From contig NC_069008.1 in NCBI RefSeq assembly GCF_001194135.2, forward strand, positions 17,894,630 through 17,958,629: a stretch of DNA of 64,000 bases. The letters run 5' to 3'. Shown in pieces: positions 49,693-63,837 of this stretch. Position numbers and translations under genes: made by a program. The DNA comes from Octopus bimaculoides (taxonomy: Eukaryota). The notes beneath the pieces were generated by a model. That model searched no databases, was not told where the DNA came from, and was given only the letters and a program-made list of their open reading frames with translations. Positions within the stretch are counted from its first letter, which is position 1. The number at the start of each line of letters is the position of its first letter.

Positions 49693-50684
49693 CTATAGCA
49701 TTTGTTCTGCTGCTGCTGCTACTACCACCAACACCACCAGCAGAAATACAAAATAAAAAAAGAAGCTTCCCGTAAACAGTGGCAGTCTACTAATAACAGA
49801 GTATTCTGTGCCAGACCCATCGCACTTTTGCCCCCTCTCCCATGCTCCTGCGCCACCCTCTGCCACCCTCCTAACACCCATGTCTGCAGATGGGTGGTGG
49901 TGGTGAGGGGAGGAAGAGCAATGGACAGCTGTTGACAATATGCGCAGGGTATATTTAACAAACTGCCCCCACCCTCATCACCACCAGTGTGTACACGTAT
50001 GTGTGTGTGTGTGTGTGTGTGTGTTCTTTTACTGGTTTCAGTCATTTGACTGNNNNNNNNNNNNNNNNNNNNNNNNNNNNNNNNNNNNNNNNNNNNNNNN
50101 NNNNNNNNNNNNNNNNNNNNNNNNNNNNNNNNNNNNNNNNNNNNNNNNNNNNNNNNNNNNNNNNNNNNNNNNNNNNNNNNNNNNNNNNNNNNNNNNNNNN
50201 NNNNNNNNNNNNNNNNNNNNNNNNNNNNNNNNNNNNNNNNNNNNNNNNNNNNNNNNNNNNNNNNNNNNNNNNNNNNNNNNNNNNNNNNNNNNNNNNNNNN
50301 NNNNNNNNNNNNNNNNNNNNNNNNNNNNNNNNNNNNNNNNNNNNNNNNNNNNNNNNNNNNNNNNNNNNNNNNNNNNNNNNNNNNNNNNNNNNNNNNNNNN
50401 NNNNNNNNNNNNNNNNNNNNNNNNNNNNNNNNNNNNNNNNNNNNNNNNNNNNNNNNNNNNNNNNNNNNNNNNNNNNNNNNNNNNNNNNNNNNNNNNNNNN
50501 NNNNNNNNNNNNNNNNNNNNNNNNNNNNNNNNNNNNNNNNNNNNNNNNNNNNNNNNNNNNNNNNNNNNNNNNNNNNNNNNNNNNNNNNNNNNNNNNNNNN
50601 NNNNNNNNNNNNNNNNNNNNNNNNNNNNNNNATGGGCTTCTTTCAATTTCCATTGACCAAATCCACTCACAAGACTCTGGTTAG

Positions 50685-50739
50685 CCGAAGTGAGACCGAA
50701 GTGAGACCGAAGTGAGACCGAAGTGAGACCGAAGTGAGA
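50685..50739. repeat. Perfect 11-bp tandem repeat (CCGAAGTGAGA)x5
   Basis: Read directly; lies at the start of a family D copy. Confidence 0.95.
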
Positions 50740-51584
50740 CCGTAGTTGTGACCAATGCCAATGTGGCCCGTTTAAAAGCACCCTTGAATTGTTGGGTAAC
50801 ATGCTGTGCTTGTGAAGACCAAGTGAACTGAGTGAAATCGTAGTCATGGTCAATGTCAATGCAGCCTCTGACTCGCTACCGTACTGGTGGCAGATAAAAG
50901 CAACCACTACACTCTAGGAGGGGTTGGCATTAGGAAGGGCATCCAGCTGTCGAAACCTTGCCAGATCAGATTGGAGCCTGGTGCAGCCTCCTGGCTTGTC
51001 GGTCCCCAGTCAAGCTGTCCAACCCATGCTAGCATGGAAAGCGAACGTTAAACGATGATGATGGTGATAGTTTGTATCCAAGATGCCAGATGTAATCAAA
51101 CAATAAGATTGAGGATGAAAAATAGGTAATGGGTGCATATGCCATACTTCAAGAGTTTTTGGCCCTTCGTCAGCAACCACCCAACCCATCAATCATCCAT
51201 GAACTCATTGCTTTAACATTATCATCATCGTTTAACGTCTGTTTTCCATGCTAGCATGGGTTGGATGGTTTGACTGGGGACTGGCAAGCCAGGCGGCTGC
51301 ACCAGGCTCCAGCCTGGTCTGGCAAGCTTTCTACAGCTGGACGCCCTTCCTAACACCAACCACTCCGAGAGTGTAGTGGGTGCATTTATGTGCCACCGGC
51401 ACAGGGGCAAGAGGAGCTGGCATCGACCATGATCGGATGGTGCTTTTTATGTGTTACCGGCACAGGGGTCACAACTACATTTCCATTTGATTTGATTGTG
51501 ATATTGCTGTTGATGTACTTGACTCAATAGGTCTCCTCAAGCACAGCATGTCGCCCTATGGTCCAAGGTACTTTTGAGTGGGCT

Positions 51585-51629
<45 letters not shown>

Positions 51630-52489
51630 GTATTTATTTGTGTCTGTGTTTGTCCCCGCCCCCACCATCGCTTGACAACCAATGTTGGTGTGTTTACGTC
51701 CCTGTAACTTAGCAGTTCGGCAAAAGAAACCAATAGAAAAAGTACTAGGCTTACAAAGAACAAGTCCTGGGGTCGATTTGTTTGACTAAAGGCGGTGCTC
51801 CAGCATGGCCACAGTTAAATGACTGAAACAAAAAATAAGGGAATAAAAAAAAATATCGTTAGTTATTTCTGGATGCAGCCCCAGAAATACATTTCCATTC
51901 ACCAGCAGCTATCATNNNNNNNNNNNNNNNNNNNNNNNNNNNNNNNNNNNNNNNNNNNNNNNNNNNNNNNNNNNNNNNNNNNNNNNNNNNNNNNNNNNNN
52001 NNNNNNNNNNNNNNNNNNNNNNNNNNNNNNNNNNNNNNNNNNNNNNNNNNNNNNNNNNNNNNNNNNNNNNNNNNNNNNNNNNNNNNNNNNNNNNNNNNNN
52101 NNNNNNNNNNNNNNNNNNNNNNNNNNNNNNNNNNNNNNNNNNNNNNNNNNNNNNNNNNNNNNNNNNNNNNNNNNNNNNNNNNNNNNNNNNNNNNNNNNNN
52201 NNNNNNNNNNNNNNNNNNNNNNNNNNNNNNNNNNNNNNNNNNNNNNNNNNNNNNNNNNNNNNNNNNNNNNNNNNNNNNNNNNNNNNNNNNNNNNNNNNNN
52301 NNNNNNNNNNNNNNNNNNNNNNNNNNNNNNNNNNNNNNNNNNNNNNNNNNNNNNNNNNNNNNNNNNNNNNNNNNNNNNNNNNNNNNNNNNNNNNNNNNNN
52401 NNNNNNNNNNNNNGAGGTGTTTGTTGACAGTGTTTACTGTTAGAAACTTGATGAACGACTGGACGGACTGAAACAATGGCAAAGTATAC

Positions 52490-52531
<42 letters not shown>

Positions 52532-53698
52532 TAGAGAGAGAGAGAAAGAGAGAAGGAGAAGGGGAGCAGGAGCTGGTGGTGGGGGGACGCACACACAGGT
52601 AATTACTAGCAAGGATGGTATCGTTAGACGGAATAACAGCTGACGAAGAAAACGCACACACACACACACGCACACATGTATGCATGGTTCCCAGGGTATA
52701 AAATTCTTGTTTAGACATATGCTGGTTCATTAAGAAATGTGTGTGTGTGTAGAGAGAGACAGACAGACAGACAGAGTGTGTGTGTGTGTGTTGTGTGTTT
52801 TCACTGAATTATCGTCAACACAATTTTACTTGAAACAAAAAGATTACAAAGTACAAATTTAATTATTGTCATATTTCTGGATAGTCGTTTGTTTGTTTTT
52901 TTTTGTTGTCAAATAACCACACATGCACTCCATATTCGCCCTTCACTTCAGATTTATTCTTCTTCCCATTTCACTGAACAACAACTACCAATACTATGAT
53001 TGGGTCTCCGAGCTCCCGGAAACAACTGTTCAACTTCTAACCCCTTTTTTCCTCTCCTTTAATTGCAATAAAAACCGAGTTAAAACAGAAACAATTTCTA
53101 AATCTCCCAAACAGAGACATTCAGTAACAGTTTGTAATAAGTCTACGTAGCTAAGTAGTTGAATGATCTCCCCTGCAAGAAAGATCATAGAGTAACCTCC
53201 CTTCTATAAGTTTCTCGAAGCATCTGTGTCATGAGACATGATTCTTAATTATTCAAGAAGCTTAGCGTTTCTCTTGGAAGCTTCTAGAATGTCTAGCGTT
53301 CCATTTATAATAAACAGCTTGCTAACCCTGATCTTCGCTTCTTAGTCGATTAGACTCTGAGCCATTCACGTCATTGCTGTGTCCATCTATTTCTCTATTG
53401 CCACATGACTGAAAGCCACCACTTAGCTGTTATTTCTCCATTTTTCCATGCATGGTCAGCGATACCTGATTTATCAATATCTCCTCGTATCACAGATTTG
53501 CGATGTTCCTCTACCTTTGTTTTGAGGGAGTAGAGGAACATACAAAGAATAAGTCCTGGGGGTCAATTTGCTCAAACGAAAGGCGGTGCTCCAGCATGGC
53601 CCACAGTCAAATGACTGAAACAAATAAAAGAGTAAAAGAATAAAAGAATAAAAGAATACACACACACAGAGTTACAGGAATAGTTCAAGGTGGAGAAG

Positions 53699-53752
<54 letters not shown>

Positions 53753-53861
53753 NNNNNNNNNNGAGAGAGATAAAGAGAGAGAGACAGATTAATGTGTTTG
53801 CCAAGTTGGCTGTTGTATGAGCAATGGAAGTTTAGATCAAACATTCACAAACTTACAGACA

Positions 53862-53907
<46 letters not shown>

Positions 53908-56443
53908 AAAAGAGAGAGAGACGGACTGAGGGAGAGGGAGAAGGTGAGAGATCCAACCACTTGACTAATGAAAGGAACTTGAAAACAGAGAAAAAAGCAG
54001 TGACTTTAAGTGCAACGTGAAAGACCAGACTGGAGACACACACACACACACACAGGTAGTGTGTGTGTGTGTGTGAAGTCACTGTCCAAAGAGTTGCAAA
54101 AATGGCTGGCTCTCTGACGGAATTTAAGCGGAATGTGGAGACCAAGGTGAAAATATGCAAATGCGCACACACGCGTCATTCTCTCTCTCTCTCAATATAT
54201 ATTCTTTTATTTGTTTGTCATTTGACTGTGGCCATGCTGGAGCACCACCTTTATTTGAACAAATCGATCCCAAGACTTAGTCCTTATAAGCCTAGTACTT
54301 ATTCTATCTATCTCTTTTGCCAAACCGCTAAGTTACGGGGACGTAAACACACCAACATCGGTTGTCAAGTGATGGTGGGCGGACAAACATACTCACACAC
54401 ATGCAAGCACACACACACACACAAGCGCACACACACACAAGCGCACACACACACAAGCGCACACNNNNNNNNNNNNNNNNNNNNNNNNNNNNNNNNNNNN
54501 NNNNNNNNNNNNNNNNNNNNNNNNNNNNNNNNNNNNNNNNNNNNNNNNACACACGACGGTCTTCTTTCAGTTTCCGTCTACCAAATCCACTCACAAAGCT
54601 TCAGTTGGCCTGCAATTATAGTAGAAGACGCTTGCCGAAGGTCACACGCAGTGGGACTGAACCCAGTACCATGTGGTTAGAAAAGAAGCTTCTTAGCATA
54701 CAGCCGTTCCTGCACCTTCAGATTTCACCGAGATCGACTTTGCCTTTCATCCTTGAAAGGGGTTGAGAAAATAAAATACAAACTGAGCACTGGGGGGGGG
54801 GGGTCAATGTGATCAATAACCCCTTGGAAATAATAGTAACTAATTATTATTATTATTATTATTATTATTTATTATTAAGGTGACTACATATAGACACTCT
54901 CACACGTTGAGTAATGTCAGTCCGCTGTCATCAAAAGAGCCCAATTGTAAAGTGGTTTTATTTCACATGCAGGGTAATGATAACATTAATAGGTCACAGA
55001 AGCAAGTTGCCTCTTAATTCACAGAGCTGTGGGTGTAAAAAGTAAGGCTGGTCTAATTAGATAATTGCTTAATTAAACAGAAAAAAAAAAAAAAAGCATG
55101 CTTACTAATCAACTTTCTTGTGCCTAGATTGTGTTAAATAAAGTTAACTAGTAGAACATGTGAAAATGGAAACACACACACACATATATATATAGGCACA
55201 GCAGTGGCTGTGTGGTAAGAAGCTTGCTTCCCAGCCACATGATTCTGGGTTCAGTCCCACTGCGTGGGACCTTGGGCAAGTGTCTTCTACTAAAGCCTCA
55301 AGCCGATTAAAGCCTTGTGAGTGGATTTGGTAGATGGAAACTGAAAGAAGCACGCAGTATGTGTATATATATATTTGTATGTCTGTGCTTGTCCCCTCCA
55401 CCATCGCTTGACAACCAATGTCGGTGTGTTTACATCCCCGTAATCTAGCAGTTCAGCAAAAGAGACCCATAAAATAAGTACTAGGCTTACAAAGAATAAA
55501 ACCTGGGGGTCGATTTGCTTGATTAAAACTCGAGGTGCTCCAGCATGGCCACAGTCAAATGACTGAAACAATATATGACAGGCTTCTTTTAGTTTCCATC
55601 TACTAAATTCACTCATGAGGCTTTGGTCAGCCTGAGGTTATAGAAGACACTTGCCCAAGGTTCCACGCAGTGGGACTGAACCTGGGACCATTGTGGTTAG
55701 GAAGCAAACTTCTTACTTCACAGCCATGCCTTCACCTATATATAAACTGATGTTTACGACTAAGTGTCCCCACCATCGCCACCACTGCCATTATGCTGAC
55801 CCTACCCCCCGACCTCCCGTCTCCATCCTCGTTCTTACTTTGATTGATGATTGATCCTGACCGGTTAGTCAGCCTAATTCAAAGAATAATCGAAGTCACT
55901 ACACAATACAAATACATCAATTGTTATTAGATTTGAGATTTACAGCGTAATTAACAGCTGAAGTGGATAATCTGCGATTGTGTGTGTGCATACATGCATG
56001 TGTGTATATATATATATATATATATATNNNNNNNNNNNNNNNNNNNNNNNNNNNNNNNNNNNNNNNNNNNNNNNNNNNNNNNNNNNNNNNNNNNNNNNNN
56101 NNNNNNNNNNNNNNNNNNNNNNNNNNNNNNNNNNNNNNNNNNNNNNNNNNNNNNNNNNNNNNNNNNNNNNNNNNNNNNNNNNNNNNNNNNNNNNNNNNNN
56201 NNNNNNNNNNNNNNNNNNNNNNNNNNNNNNNNNNNNNNNNNNNNNNNNNNNNNNNNNNNNNNNNNNNNATACCATGTCATATCAACAATTAAGGTTACAA
56301 ATATAAAGTACATTTAGCAATTGGACCCGCACCCACTTATTACACTTGGTATAACACTAGTGTAACAATAATTGGGTACCCTCCCAGCAGTATATTGGGT
56401 TGAATCCTCAACCCCCAACTCTCTTGCATTATATATATATATA

Positions 56444-56678
56444 CAGGGTTGGCCAGAAGTCACCTGACAGTAAATCAAAACCATTTAATTCCAAGATTTA
56501 TTTATGTTTAACGACTGAATGAATTTAATAAAAGCATCTAAGCATGAAACATCATGAAAATTGTTCAAAACTGAACTCCTTCTTGAATGACACCATTTTT
56601 CCATTCAAGTCAATACAGAATTAAAGACGGTATTTATGGAATTTCGGTTTACTGTCAGGTGACTTCTAGCCAACCTTG
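56444..56678. mobile_element. Tc1/mariner-type MITE, 235 bp
   Basis: 31-bp TIR CAGGGTTGGCCAGAAGTCACCTGACAGTAAA (2 mismatches), TA on both flanks. Confidence 0.88.
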
Positions 56679-59600
56679 TATATCTGCCCACACGTGACCC
56701 GTGACTAATTTTCCCATCTCTCCGTCTTTCGCCACTGGACGCTTAGCTTGCCGCTCAACATCTGTCCCCTCTCTTGCTATTTCTTTTCCTATGTCCATTC
56801 AGGATTTCTTCCAGGCATTACCCAGCATTCCCGTCTGTTTGGCTGAAAGTAAACAAATGTTATTTGAAATGATTGGATGAAGACGGAATAAATATACCTG
56901 ACTGGCACCTGTGCTGGTGGCATGTAAAAAGCACCTCCAAGCATGGCCAATGCTAGTGCCTCCAGTCTGGCTCCCATGCTGTTGGCACATAAAAAGCACC
57001 CATTAGACTCTCGGAGGGGTTGGCATTAGGAAGGGCATCCAGCTGTAGAAACCATGCCAGATCAGACTGGAGCCTGGTGCAGCCTCTTGGCTTGCCAGTC
57101 CTCAGTGAAATCGTCCAACCCATGCCAGCATGGAAGGCGGACACTGAACGACAATGATGATGATAATAAGGATATATATATGTGTATATGCATACATATA
57201 TAAATACAGACCCACATGTGCACTGACATACATTCATTAACACGGGGACACAGGTGCATACATATCTAAATACACCTATGTGCATGTATGTATGTATGTA
57301 TGTATGCGTGTGTGTGTATACATATATGCAAACATACACTAGTGTGCAAGTAGTAAATCTTGTAAAGCTGTTATGTCTGCAAACGGATGGAAATAAAAGA
57401 GTCAACAGCTTTGCTCGGATGTCAGATTGAAAATGAAGTGCTTATGTTTGCTTTTGAGGGCCAAGGTCATTACTGTGAAGGATGTGCAACACATGGTGCA
57501 TAGATTATTCACAGCTGTCAGGGCAACACCACCCGGCAACATGGCTTCGAGGATGGCCACACTCACACAACCAGACAACAATGGCAATAGCAGCTACAGA
57601 CATTTTCACAAACGCACTGGTCGTATGAGTGTAGGTCCGTACACACACACACACACACCTTTTACTGTCCACGATGTTTCACATTGCTGGACTTCATTTA
57701 CAGTTTCTAATCTCCCACGAATACAGACGTCTTCCCACACACACATACACGTTTCTTATGATCTTACGTCTCCATTATCTTCTCGAACAGAATGTCTTAC
57801 TTCATTTAAATTTTATTTTTCTAAATTATTTTGATATACAAATGCGTTTATTGATCCTAAAAGTACAGAAATGGAACAACACATCTCGTCCGATCATGTC
57901 TTATAAATCACTGGAAACATGATTTCGTTTATTTCAAAGTAGGTTACTGACAACTGAAGCTTATATCTTTTACGAAAGTTTTAAATTCTTTTAATTGTTT
58001 CAGTCATTTAACTGTGGCCATGTTGGAGCACTGCTTTTAGTTGAACAAATCGACCCCAGGACTTATTCTTTGTAAGCCTAGTACTTGTTCTATCAGTCTT
58101 TATTGCCAAACTGCTAAGTTACGGGGACGTAGACACACCAACATCGGATGTCAAGTGATGGTTGGTGGGGATAAACACAGACATACAAACATATACATAT
58201 ATATATATATATATATATANNNNNNNNNNNNNNNNNNNNNNNNNNNNNNNNNNNNNNNNNNNNNNNNNNNNNNNNNNNNNNNNNNNNNNNNNNNNNNNNN
58301 NNNNNNNNNNNNNNNNNNNNNNNNNNNNNNNNNNNNNNNNNNNNNNNNNNNNATATATATACGACAGGTTTCTTTCAGTTTCCGTCGACCAAATCCACTC
58401 ATAAAGATTTGGTCGGCCTAAGGCTATAGTAGAAGACACTTGCCCAAGGTGCCATGCAGTGGGACTGAACCCAGAACCATGTGGTTGGTAAGCAAGCTTC
58501 TTACCACACAGCCACTCCTGCTTTTGTTATTAGACAAGAAAAACAAAAACAAAAAAAAAAAAAGGTCAACTACTTTCTTCAGTATTTCACTGCCTAGTCT
58601 TTGGGGTCTTCCACGCATTTTCTACAAGACCTCTCAACTCAAGTTTAGCAAATTTTGTAGACTGTACATCAGAAAGTGATTTTCTTTCTTTTTTTTCCAA
58701 TTCATTTTTAATTACTGTTTATTTTGTTTATTTCATTTTATTCTATTTCATGTTATTTATTTATGTTTTAAAACAAAAAACAAAAAGAAGGATAATTGTC
58801 TGTGTTTGTCTCCCACCACTGCTTGACAACCGGTTTTTGTGTGTCGACATCCCTGTAAACTTGGCAGTCAGGCAAAAAGAGACCAGTGGAAATTCTTTAA
58901 GGCGATGCCCCAGCATGGCCGTAGTCTAATGACTGAAACAAGTAATAGATAAAAGATATTCTATACTTGATTTTAAGTGGGGAAAACTAGAAGTAAGACT
59001 TCCACACAGGGAAAAGTTGAAACCAAATTTGAATAATGATGAGAAAAATGTTGTTTATGAAGATTTGACACTAAACCATGAGTGGGAGTCACACAAAAGT
59101 ACACAGGCGAATCGTGCTTGTATATGTATACATACATTTATAAATAGTGAATTAAAAATACATCAGTACCAACTGGAGGCCAGGTGTCAATTCATTGTGG
59201 TCATTTCTAATGAATTTTTTAATTGATTGAGTTCATTATGTCGTTATAAAAAAAAACGCCTTCTGCAGATAAATTCATGACTTTTAAAATCAAGAACATC
59301 TCTCTCTTTCATACATATATGTGTGTATATGTGTGTGTGTATATTGCCTGGATATTTATGCAGTGAACACACTACTCATACTTTGTCGTAATACTACCTG
59401 GATTTACCTTAGATTTTTACCTAAGGGCATTCGTACTAACATCCATACCCTCCGAAAAATGACCTGTGAATTTTATTTCCTTATTTCCTTACTCTCTACT
59501 TTTCTATTTCATTGCTTATTACCTGCAAGTTTTCCATGTCTAGATCTTTTATATGGTCTCTACTCGTCTCTGAAACAAAATCTGAGGATTTCAAGAGAAA

Positions 59601-60299
59601 TGTAGAAACAAAAAAAATGATGAGGCAACCATTAACTGTAACAAAACCATTTTACTGTTCTAAATTCTTTGAAGTAATTTAGCACCATTTGTGGGTCTCT
59701 TACTGGTCATAGTTGGTCAATCACCAAGTAATTAGTGGTTTTTAATGTCATTGTTAAGAATGAAGCCATTATTACACTCTGTGAAACAAACAGCAAAGAC
59801 AACTATCATTATCATATTTTTAACATCCATTCTTTCGTTTTTCCATGCTTGCATGGATCAGATAGAATTCACCGAAATAGGTTAATTTTCTACGGCTAGT
59901 TGCCGTTCCTGTCGCAACACTTCACCTGTTTCTAGGCAAGATAATGTTTCCTCATGGCTGGATATGTATAACAGTGGTGTTCATTCACATGTGTGTGTGT
60001 GTGTCTCAAGACGAGGAGACACACACACACATGTATACCTATACAGATGCCCTTCCAAAAGCCAAAGTGGTTGGCATTTAGAAGGGCATCCAGCTGTAAA
60101 AACCATGTCAAAGCTGACCTTGCAGGTGTTTGTACCACATAAAAAGCACTCAGTCCACTCTGCAGGGTGGTTGGTGTTAGGAAGGGTATCCAGCTGTTAA
60201 AACCCTGCCAAAACAGATGTCTGGTGCAGGCTCCTACCTGGCCAGTATGGAAGGCAGTCATTAAACGATGATGATTACATGTATGAGACATGACAGAGT

Positions 60300-60550
60300 T
60301 GCAAAGACCATTTACAATGCGATCCAAAGGAAGGACTATCCTGTCGTGTACATCAAAAGGATGTCAGAATCTGCAGGCGTTCACACCCTAAAGAACAAGG
60401 AACTCTAGTGGAACACCTCGATTCTGTGCAAACACAAGAGACCAGATATTGTTTGGGGAGGACAAGGAACAAATGTCATGGACTGTAATAGGGGTCAGAT
60501 GCCCAGCAGATGTGGATATACAATCAAAAGTCCAGAAAAAAAAAAAGGGA
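60300..60550 (+). mobile_element. Degenerate RLE-type non-LTR retrotransposon remnant
   Basis: WNTSILCKHKRPDIV...TVIGVRCPADVDIQSKVQKK; PD-(D/E)xK-like endonuclease motif, frameshifted. Confidence 0.6.
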
Positions 60551-61074
60551 ACATTTATGGTAAATAAAAGTGGAACTTACAACTTTTGTATGCTGACTAG
60601 GAATTCTCATTTGTACCTATCATCATCAACATCATCATCATTTAGTGTCTGTTATCCATGCTGGCATGGGTTGGATGGTTTGACCAAGGCTGGTAAGCTG
60701 AAAGGTTGCATCAAATTCCAGTCTGATTTGGCATGGCTGGATGCCCTTCCTAACGCCAACCACTCCAAGAGTGTAATGAGTGCTTTTATGTGCCATCAGC
60801 ACGGGTGCCATTTGCGTGACACCGGTATCTGCCACGACCGCGATTTCATTTGGCTTGATGGGGGGACTTCTCAAGCATGACTTAATGCCAAGGGTCTCAG
60901 TCATTGCCCCCCTGGGGCCCAACACTCAAAAGGAGTTTTTTTGCGTCCAACCAGCATTGGCTACTTTGCCTCCATGGGGCCCAATACTAGAAAGGTGCAT
61001 TAGGTTATCCACCAACAAATTTGAACAAAAACCTAGAAATACTTGGTTTCACGTACATATATACACACACACAC

Positions 61075-61120
<46 letters not shown>

Positions 61121-61200
61121 CAAAAAACAATAACAAAAAAACAACAAAGTGAGGACGTGATACGGATAGGGTTATTGGACGCTCGGGAAAGGAAAGAGAG

Positions 61201-61240
61201 AGTGTATGACGTTTCGGGCGTAGCCCTTCGTCGGAAAGAT
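61201..61240 (-). ncRNA. Minimal hammerhead-like motif with variant core (CCGACGA)
   Basis: Minus strand reads CCGACGA-A-GGGC UAC GCCC-GAAAC-GUC; stem I pairs poorly. Confidence 0.35.
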
Positions 61241-61870
61241 GGAAAGTTCGGAGAATGGAAATATATATAAATATATATACACACACACAAACACGCATGC
61301 TTATGGGCTGTGACACAGTTTTCCGTCTATGAAACTCACTCACGAGGCATCGGTCGACCTGGGGCTATAGAAAGCAACTTGCTCCAGATGCCAGGCTGGG
61401 AGACCAAAGCCAAACAAAAGCCCCTGCAACTGGGAGGTAAAATCTGTTACCACCGCCGCCACCGCCACCGAGTGTAGCACACCTATATTGTATTACAAAG
61501 GAAGGAAGAGAAAAGAAAAGACTTAAATTAAATCCCAACAGACAAAATAAAAACAAAACCTAAACAATCCAGAACAACAACAACAACAACAGCGAATACT
61601 GACTAATTTCAAATGGAAGAATATTTTTGCAGTTGAAACACAACTTTTGGGTTAGAATTCTCTCTCTGACCTGATTACGGACACCCATGAGATCAAATTT
61701 GATACGGGAATCAGAAAATGCTGTGTTTGGTTTTCATTATTGAAATTTTAGCAGATTTGCAGGCATGGTTCTGTGTGGTAAGAAGCTGGCTTCCAGACCA
61801 CGTGGTTCTGGTTTCAGTCCCACTCTGCAACGCCATAGGTAAACTGCCTTCTACTACTACTATGGCCCTT

Positions 61871-62068
61871 GTGAGGAATGTGTTGCTGTGGACACCAAAT
61901 CATGGTGCCACACCGGCTGGAAGACCACGGAAGACGTATATACAACAGTTTGTAGAAGATGTTGGATGCCAAGATGAAGTCCCAGAAACACTAATGGAAG
62001 ATCGGGGAGGGGGGGAGTCAGGCTGGCATGGGCAATCAGCTTGGCTAGATGATGCCTTGATGAAGAAA
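61871..62068 (+). mobile_element. LINE (RTE-like) 3' fragment inserted into a SINE
   Basis: VRNVLLWTPNHGATPAGRPRKTYIQQFVEDVGC; splits SINE halves with near-duplicated ACTA(T/C)(G/A)GCCCT flanks. Confidence 0.7.
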
Positions 62069-62274
62069 CTACAGCCCTGGGCCAACCAAAGCCTTGTAAA
62101 TAGATTCAGATGATGGAAACTGAAAGAAGCCCACCATGTGTATGTATATGTATGTATACACACCCACACAGACCCCCCCCAGTCCCTCAAGGGCATGTCC
62201 CAACACATCTTCACCACCATCTTAACGCCCCACAAATACATTAATCCTTTTAGTAGTTAAGCAAGCCATACCCA

Positions 62275-62740
62275 CCCGAAATACTTTATCCGTTTTACAT
62301 TCAAACTGGCCAGATCCAGCCTCTCACACTTACCCTACAATGTCATTCTAAAAATAAACAATTACGTTATTAAAACATAATACATGGTTAATTCAAAACA
62401 ACGTGACAAAACAAGCATTTGATTGATAAATCTGAATGCTAAAGGGTTAAAATAGGGACCACATGAGCCAATAAGGGAGGTTTTTCTGTAGTCACTTGGC
62501 CTCAGTTTATCAGCCAAATCTCTCAACAAACTGCCTACTGTCTTTAACTAGCCATATCCCAGCCCAAATATTCTACCTGTTAGATGTTCAAATGAGCCAG
62601 ATCTGGCCTCTCACGCCTACCCTACAATGTCATTCTAAAAATAAACCATCATATCATTGAGCTATGAGATAATGGATAATTCAAAACAATATAAATAAAT
62701 AAACCTTTGATGGATTAATTCGAATTCTAAAGGGGTCAAC
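62275..62740. mobile_element. Two diverged copies of a piggyBac-type MITE
   Basis: Shared GCCAGATC...CCCTACAATGTCATTCTAAAAATAAAC core; right ends GAATGCTAAAGGGTTAA and GAATTCTAAAGGGGTCAA. Confidence 0.6.
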
Positions 62741-63109
62741 TGTAAGAGAGAGAGGGAGAGAGAGGGAGAGAAAGAGAAAGAGAGAAAGAGAGCACATTAG
62801 TGGAACATATGTTGCCAAAGCCCTGACACCTGTATCAGTCTCCGATTTTATTGAGTTTTAAAAAAGGTAGAAACAGAACTTATATTGATCAGTTGTTTGT
62901 GTAAATATGGCATTTGTTTGTTTGTGGCTATCTAATATCATCATGGGGACATGAAATTAAACCAAGGCAATTATTTGTTTAACTGCTTAAACAGGATTGC
63001 TTCTCTGCTGAGTAAACAGACCAGATCAGCAATGGAGTGACACTTGTCCTGCCCATTCCCCATCCGTCTCTGGCTCTCGATCTTACCACGTTCCATTAGC
63101 TGCTATCAT

Positions 63110-63435
63110 TCTAATTGCCCGGCACCTGTGCCCAGTGTCACCTTCCTGGCACTTGTGCCGGTGGCACGTGTAAAGACATTCAAGCGAGATTGTTGCCAGT
63201 GCCGCTGGACTGGCTCCTGTGCAGGTGGCATGTAAAATACACCATTTTGAGCGTGGCCGTTGCCAGTACCGCCTGACTGGCCTTCGTGCGGGTGACAGGT
63301 AAAAGCACCTACTACACTCTCGGAGTGGTTGGCGTTAGGAAGGGCATCCAGCTGTAGAAACATTGTCAGATCAGATTGGAGCCTGGTGTAGCCATCTAGT
63401 TCACCAGTCCTCAGTCAAATCGTCCAACCCATACC
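63110..63435 (+). mobile_element. Family D repeat, young copy
   Basis: About 240 bp almost identical to 20120-20355. Confidence 0.8.
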
Positions 63436-63801
63436 TTGTGCCAAATGTAGAAATAATAATAATAATAATAATAATGCTGATGATGATAATTATTATTGTT
63501 GTTGTTGTAGTAGTTGATTTGAATATCTCGTTTGTTTGAAAGAGAAACTGTTATATCAGTGAAGCGCAAAGAAAAAAAAAACCTACTACAATAAAACAAA
63601 ATAAATTAATGTATTTTTTCTATTTGAGATCATGATGACAGCAAAAAAAAAAAAAAAAGACAAAATATACATCATTATTCAGATTGCTGTCAGTAATGTG
63701 TGTACATACACACAGTATACATACTGTGTGTATGTATACGCATGCATAATAAGAGAATGCTTTTTATTTTTTGTCCATTTATATCATGGTACACACATAC
63801 G

Positions 63802-63837
<36 letters not shown>

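Noticed and set aside
50685-50750. Regular CCGAAGTGAGA repeats, superficially CRISPR-like
   Set aside because: Head-to-tail 11-mers with no spacers, in a eukaryotic repeat context.
51135-51178. Fourth hammerhead-like motif (minus strand CUGACGAAGGGCC...CUUGAAGUAUG)
   Set aside because: GAAA is broken and there is no valid stem III or cleavage triplet; at most a decayed relic.
57370-57640. Unique, balanced-composition stretch with a 135-aa ORF
   Set aside because: No recognised domain, only a weak GAG acceptor, and phase incompatible with the 54102 candidate.
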